A stretch of DNA of 27,718 bases from Oscillospiraceae bacterium (GTDB lineage Bacteria > Bacillota > Clostridia > Oscillospirales > CAG-272), in the NCBI GenBank assembly GCA_015064885.1, contig SVRJ01000030.1, positions 1 through 27,718 of the forward strand, read 5' to 3'. The translations under genes were made by a program, and so were the position numbers. The notes under the pieces were generated by a model. The model had not been told where the DNA came from, searched no databases, and worked only from the letters and a program-made list of their open reading frames with translations. Positions 9,922 to 18,916 of this stretch are shown here, in pieces (position 1 is the first letter of the stretch; every line of letters starts with the position of its first letter).

Positions 9922-9937
9922 AATGATCGGTTTTATA

Positions 9938-12637
9938 TTACTTTTTCTTAAATACTCTGTGGAAGAACTTAAATATCTCAACTATCGGAATTATAGCAAA
10001 TCCGAGAGCCATAGCGATAAGGTATTCCTCAAGTCCGATATTGACCATGCTGAACGTATTTGCGATAGGCTCAACAAGAACTACTACGGAAGTAAGAATG
10101 AGCGAAAGAGCTCCTGCACCCCAGAGCCATTTGTTCTGACCCTTCATTGTGAAGATAGAACCGTGGAGCGAACGCATATTGAAGGAGTGGAAGACCTCAC
10201 ACATAGCGAGGGTAAGGAATGCCATAGTGGTACCGTGGATGCTTTCCTCACCGACGTTAAAGTTACCTACCTCAAGGTAATGTCCTACGAAATAGGAAAC
10301 AAGAGTGATAACTGTAACGAGGAAGCCCTGGTAGAAGACAGCCCAACCGAGACCGCCTGCGAAGATACCTTCATCCGATGCGCGGGGTTTACGTTTCATA
10401 ACGTCAGCCTCGGGCTTTTCCATACCGAGAGCAAGTGCCGGGAAGCAGTCTGTGATAAGGTTTATCCAGAGAAGCTGTACGGGCTGGAATATCGTAAATC
10501 CGATAAGCGTTGCAAAGAAGATCGAAAGCACCTCGGAAAGGTTAGAAGCGAGAAGGAACTGAATAGCCTTACGGATATTATCGTATATTCTTCTTCCCTC
10601 TCCTACAGCAGAAACGATAGTAGCGAAGTTATCGTCTGCGAGTATCATATCGGCAACGTTCTTGGTAACGTCGGTACCGGTTATACCCATACCTACACCG
10701 ATATCCGCATTCTTTATTGAGGGGGCGTCATTAACGCCGTCTCCGGTCATTGCGGTTACCATACCGCGCTTACGCCAAGCGTTTACTATTCTTGTCTTAT
10801 GCTCGGGCTGAACTCTTGCATATACGGAATACTTTGTTACGTCCTCTTCAAACGCTTCGTCAGAGATCTCATCAAGCTGTGTGCCTGTGATAGCCTGGTC
10901 GGGGCTGTCGATAATACCGAGCTGCATAGCGATTGCTACAGCAGTATCCTTATGGTCGCCCGTGATCATTATAGCTCTGATACCGGCTGCCTTACATTCG
11001 TCTATAGCGGGCTTGACCTCGGGTCTCACGGGGTCGATCATACCGACAAGACCTACAAAGCAGAGGTCGTTTTCAACAAGCTCTGCCTCATATACCTCGG
11101 GAGCCGCGGAAAGATCCTTCTTTGCAGCACAGAGAACACGGAGTGCCTTATCAGCCATTGCTTTATTCTGTCCGAGAATAGCAGACTTTATCTCCTCTGT
11201 CATAGGAACAACGTTTCCTTCAACGAGAGCGGAGGTACATCTCTTGAGGACCTCATCCGGAGCACCCTTTGTATACTGAATAACGTTTCCATTTTCGTCG
11301 TTGTGCACGGTGGTCATCATCTTTCTCATAGAGTCGAAAGGAACTTCACCGACACGAACAAATTTTGTCTTTTCTACGGTCTTATCAAGTCCGAGAGCGT
11401 ATGCGTAATTGACAAGAGCACACTCTGTAGGCTCTCCTATAGCAGACTTGGTTTCGGGGTCTATTTCAGCGTCACTGCAAAGAGACATAGCATTTGCAAG
11501 AAGATCCTTGTCGCAAGTATACTCTTCTACAACGGTCATTTTATTCTGTGTAAGCGTACCTGTTTTATCCGAGCAGATTATCTGTGTACATCCGAGAGTC
11601 TCAACAGCGGTAAGTTTTCTGATGATAGCGCTGCGCTTGGACATATTGGTAACACCGATAGAAAGAACTATAGTTACTACCGTTGCAAGTCCTTCGGGAA
11701 TAGCTGCGACCGCAAGAGAGATAGCGAGCATAAAGGAGTTGAGAACGGTATCAAATCCGGCACCGTTTCTGAGAAGCTGGACACCGAAGATTATTACGCA
11801 TATACCTATAACGAGATAGGTGAGTATCTTGGAAAGACCTGCAAGCTTTATCTGAAGGGGGGTTCTTCCCTCCTCTGCCTGAGAAAGTGCGTCTGCAATC
11901 TTACCCATTTCGGTTTCCATGCCCGTACCGCAAACTACCGCCTTACCGCGTCCGTATGCAATAGTACTTCCCATGAAGACCATGTTCTTTCTGTCACCGA
12001 GGGGAACGTCCTTGCCGTTTTCGCCCAGAATAGCGTCATCTGTCTTTGTTACGGGAACAGATTCACCCGTAAGTGCCGCCTCTTCGACTTTCATGCTTGC
12101 GCACTCTATGATTCTGGCGTCAGCGGGAACGGCATCGCCTGCTTCAAGTACTATGATATCACCAACAACGAGGTCCTCGCTCTTAACGGTGATCTGCTTA
12201 CCGTCTCTGATAACCTTACTTGTTGCTGCAGCGATCTCCTGAAGAGCTTCTATTGCTTTTTCCGCCTTGCTTTCCTGGAATACTCCGAGAATAGCATTGA
12301 TGAGGACGACGACAAGAATTATTACAACGTCAGAGGGGAATCCCATATGACCGCTCTCAATTCCCTCATATATCTCGACACCTGCCGATATGGCAGCGGC
12401 AACGAGGAGGATTATGGTCATAGGTTCTGCGAGCTGCTTAAAGAATCTTACTATAAGAGATTCTTTTTTTGCTTCAACAAGCTTGTTTTTGCCGTTTTTC
12501 TCAAGTCTCTCGGCAGCTTCTTTTTCGGTAAGGCCGTCATTTCCGCTTTCAAGAGTTTGAAGAACATTTTGTTTGTCTTCTTCGTAGAATTTCATCTTGT
12601 GATAAAGTTCCTTTCTTAATTTGTTTTTTAATTTCAT
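9938..12637 (-). CDS. P2-type cation-transporting ATPase (Ca2+/Mn2+ pump family)
   Basis: 'CSDKTGTLTQN' phosphorylation motif, 'TGDGVNDAPS' hinge and 10 TM helices, about 899 aa. The start may be the second ATG (MKFYEEDKQ) at 12592. Confidence 0.92.
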   Translation of the reverse strand: MKLKNKLRKELYHKMKFYEEDKQNVLQTLESGNDGLTEKEAAERLEKNGKNKLVEAKKESLIVRFFKQLAEPMTIILLVAAAISAGVEIYEGIESGHMGFPSDVVIILVVVLINAILGVFQESKAEKAIEALQEIAAATSKVIRDGKQITVKSEDLVVGDIIVLEAGDAVPADARIIECASMKVEEAALTGESVPVTKTDDAILGENGKDVPLGDRKNMVFMGSTIAYGRGKAVVCGTGMETEMGKIADALSQAEEGRTPLQIKLAGLSKILTYLVIGICVIIFGVQLLRNGAGFDTVLNSFMLAISLAVAAIPEGLATVVTIVLSIGVTNMSKRSAIIRKLTAVETLGCTQIICSDKTGTLTQNKMTVVEEYTCDKDLLANAMSLCSDAEIDPETKSAIGEPTECALVNYAYALGLDKTVEKTKFVRVGEVPFDSMRKMMTTVHNDENGNVIQYTKGAPDEVLKRCTSALVEGNVVPMTEEIKSAILGQNKAMADKALRVLCAAKKDLSAAPEVYEAELVENDLCFVGLVGMIDPVRPEVKPAIDECKAAGIRAIMITGDHKDTAVAIAMQLGIIDSPDQAITGTQLDEISDEAFEEDVTKYSVYARVQPEHKTRIVNAWRKRGMVTAMTGDGVNDAPSIKNADIGVGMGITGTDVTKNVADMILADDNFATIVSAVGEGRRIYDNIRKAIQFLLASNLSEVLSIFFATLIGFTIFQPVQLLWINLITDCFPALALGMEKPEADVMKRKPRASDEGIFAGGLGWAVFYQGFLVTVITLVSYFVGHYLEVGNFNVGEESIHGTTMAFLTLAMCEVFHSFNMRSLHGSIFTMKGQNKWLWGAGALSLILTSVVVLVEPIANTFSMVNIGLEEYLIAMALGFAIIPIVEIFKFFHRVFKKK

Positions 12638-12652
12638 TCAAAGACATAGATG

Positions 12653-12788
12653 CAAAAGAAATAAAAAAGACTTTTGCGGGTGATCCCGCAAAAGTCTTGC
12701 CGGCGATCACTCGCTGAACGCCCGAATCGAAACCGACCGAGTTGACGAACGTTCATTTACCGAAGTATGGCTACTCCCTTTTGCTTCT
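12653..12788 (-). ncRNA. Candidate yybP-ykoY (Mn2+) riboswitch with intrinsic-terminator expression platform
   Basis: Leader RNA contains GGGAGUAG...CAUAC and CGUCAAC...GGUCGG, which match the recalled yybP-ykoY L1/L3 consensus. It is followed by a 14-bp hairpin (AAGACUUUUGCGGG/CCCGCAAAAGUCUU) plus a U-run, 20 nt before the ATPase start. The 5' GCAAAAG of the aptamer can pair with the CUUUUGC of the terminator's 5' arm (anti-terminator). Confidence 0.65.
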
Positions 12789-12791
12789 ATT

Positions 12792-12820
12792 ATTATACCA
12801 TAATTTTTATGTCAAGTCAA
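12792..12820 (-). promoter_or_regulatory. Sigma-A promoter TTGACT-17-TGgTATAAT driving the riboswitch/ATPase
   Basis: Perfect-spacing -35 and extended -10 immediately upstream of the riboswitch 5' end. Confidence 0.6.
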
Positions 12821-12865
12821 TAGGACAGCATAAATATTTTTAAAAATTAACAATTTATTATCACT

Positions 12866-13660
12866 TTAATATTCTTCTATATTTATTTTTCTGACCTGAC
12901 CGTTTATACTGTGACCGAGAAACATTTCTGCAATTTTTTCGAATCCGGATATCTCATCGCTAACAAAATACGAGAGATCGCCGCCATCTCCTAAAAGCAT
13001 ATTTTCGTTTTTCATCATGGTGTAAATACTCTTTGCAGCCTCTTCTCCGCTGTTTATCAAGGTTACTCCCGGCATTACCGAAGCTATAATATCTGAAATT
13101 ATCGGAAAATGCGTACATCCAAGTATAAGTGTATCAGCACCGCTTGCTTTTATATCCGCAAGGTATTTCTCGGCGGTAAGTCTTGTTATTTCGTTATCTT
13201 TTTCTATAAAACCGTTTTCAACCAGCGGAACAAAGAGCGGACAAGCCGTAGTAATAACCTTCGCGTCGGGGGCTATTTTTTTGATGGCTTTGTTAAAGGA
13301 GCCGCTTGCTACCGTAACACCGGTTCCTATAACGCCTATGATCCTGTTTTTTGTCGCTTTTACCGCAGCTTCAGCCGATGGCTCTACAACACCGACTACG
13401 GGAATATCCGATATACTGCGAAGATCATCTATCGCTATTGAGCTTACCGTTCCGCAAGCGACGAGGACGGCGTTTATATCGTGAGTACGAAGGAAAGCAA
13501 GATCCTGCCTTGCGTATTTAAGGAGCGTGCTTTCAGAGCGGGTGCCGTAGGGTACGCGTCCCGTATCTCCGAAATATATTATATTTTCATTCGGCATTAT
13601 TTTTTCAAGCGCTCTTACTGCAGTAAGTCCACCGAGACCGCTGTCAAATACTCCTATCAT
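12866..13660 (-). CDS. murI: Glutamate racemase
   Basis: 'IGVFDSGLGGLT', 'VVACNTA-like VLVACGT' and 'GCTHFP' motifs, 264 aa. RBS AGGAAGG. Confidence 0.93.
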   Translation of the reverse strand: MIGVFDSGLGGLTAVRALEKIMPNENIIYFGDTGRVPYGTRSESTLLKYARQDLAFLRTHDINAVLVACGTVSSIAIDDLRSISDIPVVGVVEPSAEAAVKATKNRIIGVIGTGVTVASGSFNKAIKKIAPDAKVITTACPLFVPLVENGFIEKDNEITRLTAEKYLADIKASGADTLILGCTHFPIISDIIASVMPGVTLINSGEEAAKSIYTMMKNENMLLGDGGDLSYFVSDEISGFEKIAEMFLGHSINGQVRKINIEEY

Positions 13661-13723
13661 AAAAAACCTTCCTATTATTTTTTCTTATCGGCAGATACGA
13701 TAAAGTATATAACTATCTATAAT

Positions 13724-13752
13724 ATTATATCACAAGTATACTGTTTTGTCAA
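13724..13752 (-). promoter_or_regulatory. Sigma-A promoter TTGACA-17-TGaTATAAT for murI
   Basis: Minus-strand reading TTGACAaaacagtatacttgtgaTATAAT. Confidence 0.55.
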
Positions 13753-13756
13753 TATA

Positions 13757-13791
13757 AAAACGGACTTCTGCAATATACAAAAGTCCGTTTT
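13757..13791 (-). terminator. Terminator of the liv operon
   Basis: Stem AAAACGGACTT/AAGTCCGTTTT with a 13-nt loop and flanking A/T runs, directly after the livF stop. Confidence 0.65.
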
Positions 13792-13799
13792 ATCTAAAA

Positions 13800-14504
13800 T
13801 CAACCGCCAAGATAAGCCTTCTTTATCTCGGGGCTTTCGGAAAGCTCCTTGCCTGTTCCGCTGAGAACTATTCTGCCCGATTCAAGCACGTATGCTCTGT
13901 CAGATATCTTAAGAGCCTTACCTGCATTCTGCTCAACGAGAAGGATAGTAGTTCCTATACTGTGGAGGTCCTTTATGATACTGAATATCTGATCGACAAG
14001 GATCGGAGAAAGTCCCATAGAAGGCTCATCAAGCATAAGCAGCTTGGGGTGGCTCATTATAGCACGACCCATAGCAAGCATCTGCTGCTCACCGCCCGAA
14101 AGGGTTCCGGCAACCTGAGATTTTCTTTCTTTAAGTCTCGGGAAGAGATCATAGACACGCTCTATATCTTCCTTTAAAACTTTATTCATCGAAAATGCAC
14201 CCATCTCAAGATTCTCAAGAACTGTCATTTGTAAAAATACGTGTCTTCCCTCCGGAACGTGAGCAATTCCGTATTTTATAAGCTTATGGGGCTCGAGATG
14301 AGAAATATCCTTTTCATCAAATGTTATAGAACCGGTAGTCGAGCGAAGAAGACCCGAAACGGTATGAAGAGTAGTTGTTTTTCCCGCACCGTTGGCACCG
14401 ATAAGAGAAACGATCTCTCCGGTATTGACCTCAAAAGAAACGTCTCTTATTGCGTGTATTTTTCCGTAATACACATTAAGATTGTCAACTTTAAGCATTT
14501 TCAT
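13800..14504 (-). CDS. livF: Branched-chain amino acid ABC transporter ATP-binding protein LivF
   Basis: Walker A 'GANGAGKTT', 'LSGGEQQMLA' signature and the LivF-type C-terminus. The start ATG at 14504 overlaps the livG stop, with RBS AAAGGAAG. An ATG at 14519 is an alternative. Confidence 0.88.
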   Translation of the reverse strand: MKMLKVDNLNVYYGKIHAIRDVSFEVNTGEIVSLIGANGAGKTTTLHTVSGLLRSTTGSITFDEKDISHLEPHKLIKYGIAHVPEGRHVFLQMTVLENLEMGAFSMNKVLKEDIERVYDLFPRLKERKSQVAGTLSGGEQQMLAMGRAIMSHPKLLMLDEPSMGLSPILVDQIFSIIKDLHSIGTTILLVEQNAGKALKISDRAYVLESGRIVLSGTGKELSESPEIKKAYLGG

Positions 14505-15345
14505 CTTCCTTTCTGCCAAGGTATGCTTCGATAACTTTATCGTTATTCTTTATATCTTCCGGAGTTCCTTTTGCAATTATCTTACCGAAATTAAGTACGG
14601 CGATACCCTCACAAAGTCCCATTACGAGGTTCATATCATGCTCTATAAGAACGATAGCTATCTGGAATTCGTCTCTTATCTTACGGATATTATCCATAAG
14701 TTCGGATGTCTCGGAGGGGTTCATTCCCGCCGCAGGCTCGTCGAGAAGAAGCACCTTGGGATTGGTTGCCAAGGCTCTGAGGATCTCAAGTCGTCTCTGC
14801 GCACCGTAGGGGAGGTTACCCGCCTCGACCTTAGCGAGGTCCTGCATATCGAATATCTTGAGAAGATCGTATGCTCGCTCTGTGGCTTCCCTTTCACTTC
14901 TTCTGTATCTGGGTGTATGGAAAAGCGAGTCAAAAAGATTTTCGCTTATAGAATTTCCGAGTCCGACCTTAACGTTATCTATAACGCTCATATTATTGAA
15001 AAGGCGAATGTTCTGGAACGTTCTTGCGATACCCATTCTGTTGACCTCGCTGGGAAGCTTACCTGCGGTAGACTTTCCATCGAGGAGTATCGCGCCGCGG
15101 GTGGGCTGGTATACGTTGGTGAGAAGGTTAAATACAGTCGTCTTACCCGCTCCGTTCGGTCCGATAAGACCGGATATCTCTGTCCTTCCTATCGCTATCG
15201 AAAAATCGTCAACTGCACGGAGTCCTCCGAAATCTATACCGAGATTTCGGACATCAAGCACAGGTGGCTTATCTACGTCTCTTTCGGGAAGAAGTATATT
15301 TGGTGGAGGAGCAACCATTTTTGTCTTTGGATATTCTTTATTCAT
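14491..15345 (-). CDS. livG: Branched-chain amino acid ABC transporter ATP-binding protein LivG
   Basis: 'GPNGAGKTT' and 'LPYGAQRRLEI', 284 aa, with the LivG-specific N-terminal extension. Confidence 0.88.
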   Translation of the reverse strand: MNKEYPKTKMVAPPPNILLPERDVDKPPVLDVRNLGIDFGGLRAVDDFSIAIGRTEISGLIGPNGAGKTTVFNLLTNVYQPTRGAILLDGKSTAGKLPSEVNRMGIARTFQNIRLFNNMSVIDNVKVGLGNSISENLFDSLFHTPRYRRSEREATERAYDLLKIFDMQDLAKVEAGNLPYGAQRRLEILRALATNPKVLLLDEPAAGMNPSETSELMDNIRKIRDEFQIAIVLIEHDMNLVMGLCEGIAVLNFGKIIAKGTPEDIKNNDKVIEAYLGRKEDENA

Positions 15346-16405
15346 TTGCGCTTCCCTCCTTTACCTTTTTCTTTTCCGCTACCCTTTTTTTCGCCTCTGC
15401 CATCAAGTTCTTTACACTGAATCTTTCTCTTATTGCAATAAGCTTGGGAGAAGCATTAAAGAGCATAAGAAGGATGAGAAGTATAGAATAGATAAGCATT
15501 CTGTAGTCCTGGAGATCTCTGAGCATTTCGGGGAGGATTATCATTATTATAGCTGCAATAACAGATCCTCTTACACTTCCAAGTCCGCCGAGAACAACGA
15601 TAACGAGTATTTCAATAGACATATTGAAATCGAATTTAGCCGCTTTGATAATAGAGAGGCTATGGCCCCAAATAACTCCCGCAATTCCTGCGATAAAAGC
15701 AGCGAGCGCAAATACCATAAGCTTATAGTACGTTATCTTTATACCTGTAGCGTCGGCGGCTATTCTGTTATCTCTGACAGCGGTTATTGCGCGTCCGTGC
15801 TTACTTTTAGCAAGGTTTATAATAAGTATTACCGATACTATAACCGCAACGGCTGCAAAGGGGAGAAGATTCTTCGGGGTCTCATAAATAGGCTCTGTAT
15901 CGTATCCTATCGCTCCTCCCGTAAAATCAAGATTGATTATAACGTTCTTTATTATCTCACCGAAAGCAAGAGTAACTATCGCAAGGTAGTCACCGTTAAG
16001 TCTGAGTACGGGGATACCGATAATTATTCCGAAAACAGCCGCAATGATACCTCCGAACAGCATAGCGATCGGAAGACGTACATAAAGGGGTATCTGCGGG
16101 AATTTTTCAAGTATAGCTACAGACAACATGCTTCCCGAGTATGCTCCCACCGACATAAACGCAGCGTGACCGAGTGAAAGTTCACCAAGAAATCCTACGA
16201 CAAGGTTAAGCGAAACGGAAAGCAAAATATAGCAAGAAAGTGTAATTACCATATTAAGCATCTGTCTGCTTGCACTTCCGCTGTAGATCATTGCGGAATA
16301 TACTGCATAGAATACAATTACTATGTAGATCGTAACGGCGTCACGCGAGATGAGTTTTTTTATCTTGCTTTCACCAAGAAGGTTATTATTTTTCTTTTCG
16401 CCCAT
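15338..16405 (-). CDS. livM: Branched-chain amino acid ABC transporter permease LivM
   Basis: 355-aa polytopic permease with 'GELSLGHAAF'. Overlaps the livG start. Confidence 0.85.
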   Translation of the reverse strand: MGEKKNNNLLGESKIKKLISRDAVTIYIVIVFYAVYSAMIYSGSASRQMLNMVITLSCYILLSVSLNLVVGFLGELSLGHAAFMSVGAYSGSMLSVAILEKFPQIPLYVRLPIAMLFGGIIAAVFGIIIGIPVLRLNGDYLAIVTLAFGEIIKNVIINLDFTGGAIGYDTEPIYETPKNLLPFAAVAVIVSVILIINLAKSKHGRAITAVRDNRIAADATGIKITYYKLMVFALAAFIAGIAGVIWGHSLSIIKAAKFDFNMSIEILVIVVLGGLGSVRGSVIAAIIMIILPEMLRDLQDYRMLIYSILLILLMLFNASPKLIAIRERFSVKNLMAEAKKRVAEKKKVKEGSANE

Positions 16406-16408
16406 AAC

Positions 16409-17302
16409 TCACACCTTCTCATTGATTTTCTTACCGAGCAATCCGGTAGGCTTAATAACGAGTACGAGAATAAGTACTCCGAAAACTATAGCGTCTGTAA
16501 ACTGTGTTGATATGTACGCCATAGAAAGCTTTTCAATAACGCCGAGCATAATTCCTCCGAGCATTGCTCCGGGAACAGAACCGATTCCTCCGAACACGGC
16601 GGCGGTAAACGCCTTGATACCGGGCATTGAACCTGTTGTCGGCTTAATATACGTATAGGACATACCGTAACAAAGGCTCGCAAATGCGGCAAGTGCAGAG
16701 CCTATTGCAAACGTTATTGAAATAGTTCTGTTAACGTTGATTCCCATCAGCATAGCTGCGTCTTTATCTTCTGAGACCGCACGCATAGCCTTACCGAGCT
16801 TTGTCTTGTTTATAAATAAAGTCAGGGCTATCATAAGCACGACGGTAATACCGAGTGTAAAGAGGGTCTCGCCGGAAACCGTTATCTTGTCACCGATATG
16901 AAGGGGCGGAAGATTGAAAAGAGTAGGGATACTCTTAGGATCCGATTTGAAAATAAGCAGTGCAAGATTCTGAAGGAAATAGCTGACACCTATTGCGGTT
17001 ATAAGAACCGAAAGTGAGGGCGCACGTCTGAGAGGCTTATATGCCAAAAATTCTATAATTATACCGAGGAGTGCGGAAAAAATGATGCTTATCACAATTC
17101 CGAGTATCGACGGACATTTTCCAAGCGCAACAGTTGTATAGATCATATACGCGCCGACCATAATTACATCGCCATGCGCGAAATTAAGCATTTTAGCTAT
17201 ACCGTAAACCATGGTATAACCGAGAGCTATAAGTGCATATATACTGCCAAGGCTTAATCCTTGTATCAGTGTTACAATCAAATTCGTCACTTTGAACACC
17301 AC
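16409..17302 (-). CDS. livH: Branched-chain amino acid ABC transporter permease LivH
   Basis: GTG start. 'GSIYALIALGYTMVYGI..NFAHGD' matches the LivH N-terminus. Confidence 0.85.
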   Translation of the reverse strand: MVFKVTNLIVTLIQGLSLGSIYALIALGYTMVYGIAKMLNFAHGDVIMVGAYMIYTTVALGKCPSILGIVISIIFSALLGIIIEFLAYKPLRRAPSLSVLITAIGVSYFLQNLALLIFKSDPKSIPTLFNLPPLHIGDKITVSGETLFTLGITVVLMIALTLFINKTKLGKAMRAVSEDKDAAMLMGINVNRTISITFAIGSALAAFASLCYGMSYTYIKPTTGSMPGIKAFTAAVFGGIGSVPGAMLGGIMLGVIEKLSMAYISTQFTDAIVFGVLILVLVIKPTGLLGKKINEKV

Positions 17303-17477
17303 GACATTTCTCTACGTGAAATGTCCTTTCAAAAAATAATCAAAATTTTCGGTTAAGCGTTTTGCATTTATGCAAATACGCATATTTTATAAATATGATA
17401 ATAACACCTACACGCACCGAGCCCAAGGGCGCGGTGCGCGTAACGTGTAAATAAGTAAATTAAACTAATTGCAGAAA

Positions 17478-18665
17478 TCAGTCAACAACTACAGTCTTGC
17501 CGTTTACGATCTTAAGGATCATAGGCTCTTTAACTGTTTCACCGTCTGCTGTCCACTTCATTGTTCCGGTTGCGCCCGTAACCTCGATTTGGGTCATAGC
17601 TGCTATCATTTTTGCATTGAAGTCTTCGATCGACATAGTAACAACGTTATCAGCGTTAAGTCCGCCCTTTGTAAGAGCTGCAACTATAGTATAAATGCAG
17701 TCATAAGCGTCTGCAGCGAACTGGTCGGGAGTCTTACCGTACTTAGCCTTATAAGCGTCAACAAATGTCTTTGCAACGCCTTCCTGGCTGTCAGCATAGA
17801 AAGGAGTGAGGAGGAGAACGCCTTCAGCGTCTGCTACGTTGTCACCGCACTTTTCGATAAGACCGTCAAGACCGTCTGCTCCGAACCATTCGATATCGAG
17901 AGACATCTGAGCAGCCTGACGGAGGATCTTAGCAGCGTCAGCCGCATAGATCGGGAAAAATACGAGCTCAGCGCCGCTATTCTTGATAGCTGTAAGCTGT
18001 GTTGTAAAGTCTGTGTTTGTAGACTCTGTATACGTCTGCTCTGTAACGATAGTAATACCGAGAGCTGCTGCCTTTGTCTTAAACGTATCAACGTTACCTA
18101 CGCAGTAGTCATTTCCGTTATCATAAAGAATAGCTACCTTTGTTGCAAGGTTCTTATTCTTTATTGTATTAGCTGCGATCTCTCCCTGCTGAGGGTCGTT
18201 AAAGCAAAGTCTGAACGCGTTGGGTTCGCCTATGGAGTCAAGAGCGGATGCGGAGGGAGTGAGGATAAGAAGTCCGTCATTCTTAGCAGCCGCAACGATA
18301 TCCTTGTTCTCACCGGAAAGAGTACCGCCGAGAGATACCTTCATGCCGTCGTCAATGAGCTTACCGTAGCCCTGAACAGCCTTTTCACCGCTTCCGCCGG
18401 AGTCAGCTTCGAGGAGCTTGAGCTCAAATCCGTTGACGCCGCCTTTTGCATTTATCTCTTCAACTGCAAGCTTAGCGCCGTCTCTTACCGAGATACCGTA
18501 GTTAGCATATTCGCCTGTAAGGGGACCAGTGAAGCCGATCTCAAGGATAACCTTACCGTCTTCTGTTGTCTTCCATACATCGTTCTTCTTGCCGCAGCTT
18601 GCGAAGCAAAGTGCTGTCATGACAAGAACTAATGTGATCGCCAAAATCTTCTTTGTTGCTTTCAT
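17478..18665 (-). CDS. Branched-chain amino acid ABC transporter substrate-binding lipoprotein (LivJ/K-like)
   Basis: Lipoprotein signal MKATKKILAITLVLVMTALCFASC. Type-I periplasmic-binding fold motifs ('GPLTGEYANYG', 'ILYDNGNDYCVG'). Confidence 0.85.
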   Translation of the reverse strand: MKATKKILAITLVLVMTALCFASCGKKNDVWKTTEDGKVILEIGFTGPLTGEYANYGISVRDGAKLAVEEINAKGGVNGFELKLLEADSGGSGEKAVQGYGKLIDDGMKVSLGGTLSGENKDIVAAAKNDGLLILTPSASALDSIGEPNAFRLCFNDPQQGEIAANTIKNKNLATKVAILYDNGNDYCVGNVDTFKTKAAALGITIVTEQTYTESTNTDFTTQLTAIKNSGAELVFFPIYAADAAKILRQAAQMSLDIEWFGADGLDGLIEKCGDNVADAEGVLLLTPFYADSQEGVAKTFVDAYKAKYGKTPDQFAADAYDCIYTIVAALTKGGLNADNVVTMSIEDFNAKMIAAMTQIEVTGATGTMKWTADGETVKEPMILKIVNGKTVVVD

Positions 18666-18801
18666 CTGTAAACAACCTCCTTTAATAATTTCGATTTATG
18701 CGAAAATGCGTGTAACACACGCTTACAAATTTTAAAGCCTCTACGGCATGCAATCCGCGAAAGATTGCAACCGCACAACCTTCAAAATTTATTTGTATTA
18801 T

Positions 18802-18830
18802 ATTTTATCACATAACAAAGATTTTGTCAA
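18802..18830 (-). promoter_or_regulatory. Sigma-A promoter TTGACA-17-TAAAAT for the liv operon
   Basis: Minus-strand reading TTGACAaaatctttgttatgtgaTAAAAT, with a ~135-nt structured leader before livJ. Confidence 0.55.
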
Positions 18831-18916
18831 GGGTTATTACAAACAAAAATGAATAATTACTCAAAAAATATTTCAAATAAATGTTACAAAAACTAAAGTA
18901 ACATTCTAAAAGTATA

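Noticed and set aside
10799-12619. 606-aa plus-strand ORF, with 9923-10720, 10881-11279, 11409-11819 and 11919-12242, antisense to the P-type ATPase
   Set aside because: Entirely overlaps a strongly supported minus-strand CDS. The translation is low-complexity and Cys/Ser-rich with no motifs, has no RBS or promoter, and is a typical antisense open frame.
14858-16177. 439-aa plus-strand ORF antisense to livG/livM (also 14482-15420 and 16350-16658)
   Set aside because: Antisense to conserved ABC transporter genes. Composition is nonsense-like and there are no expression signals.
17469-18632. 387-aa plus-strand ORF antisense to the liv substrate-binding protein gene
   Set aside because: Same reasoning. 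It is Cys-rich junk translation mirroring a well-supported gene.
18666-18800. Possible CodY box (AATTTTGAAGGTT) or T-box-like leader upstream of the liv operon
   Set aside because: Only a partial match to AATTTTCWGAAAATT. The leader (~135 nt) is too short and lacks T-box conserved sequences. Left as a generic structured leader.
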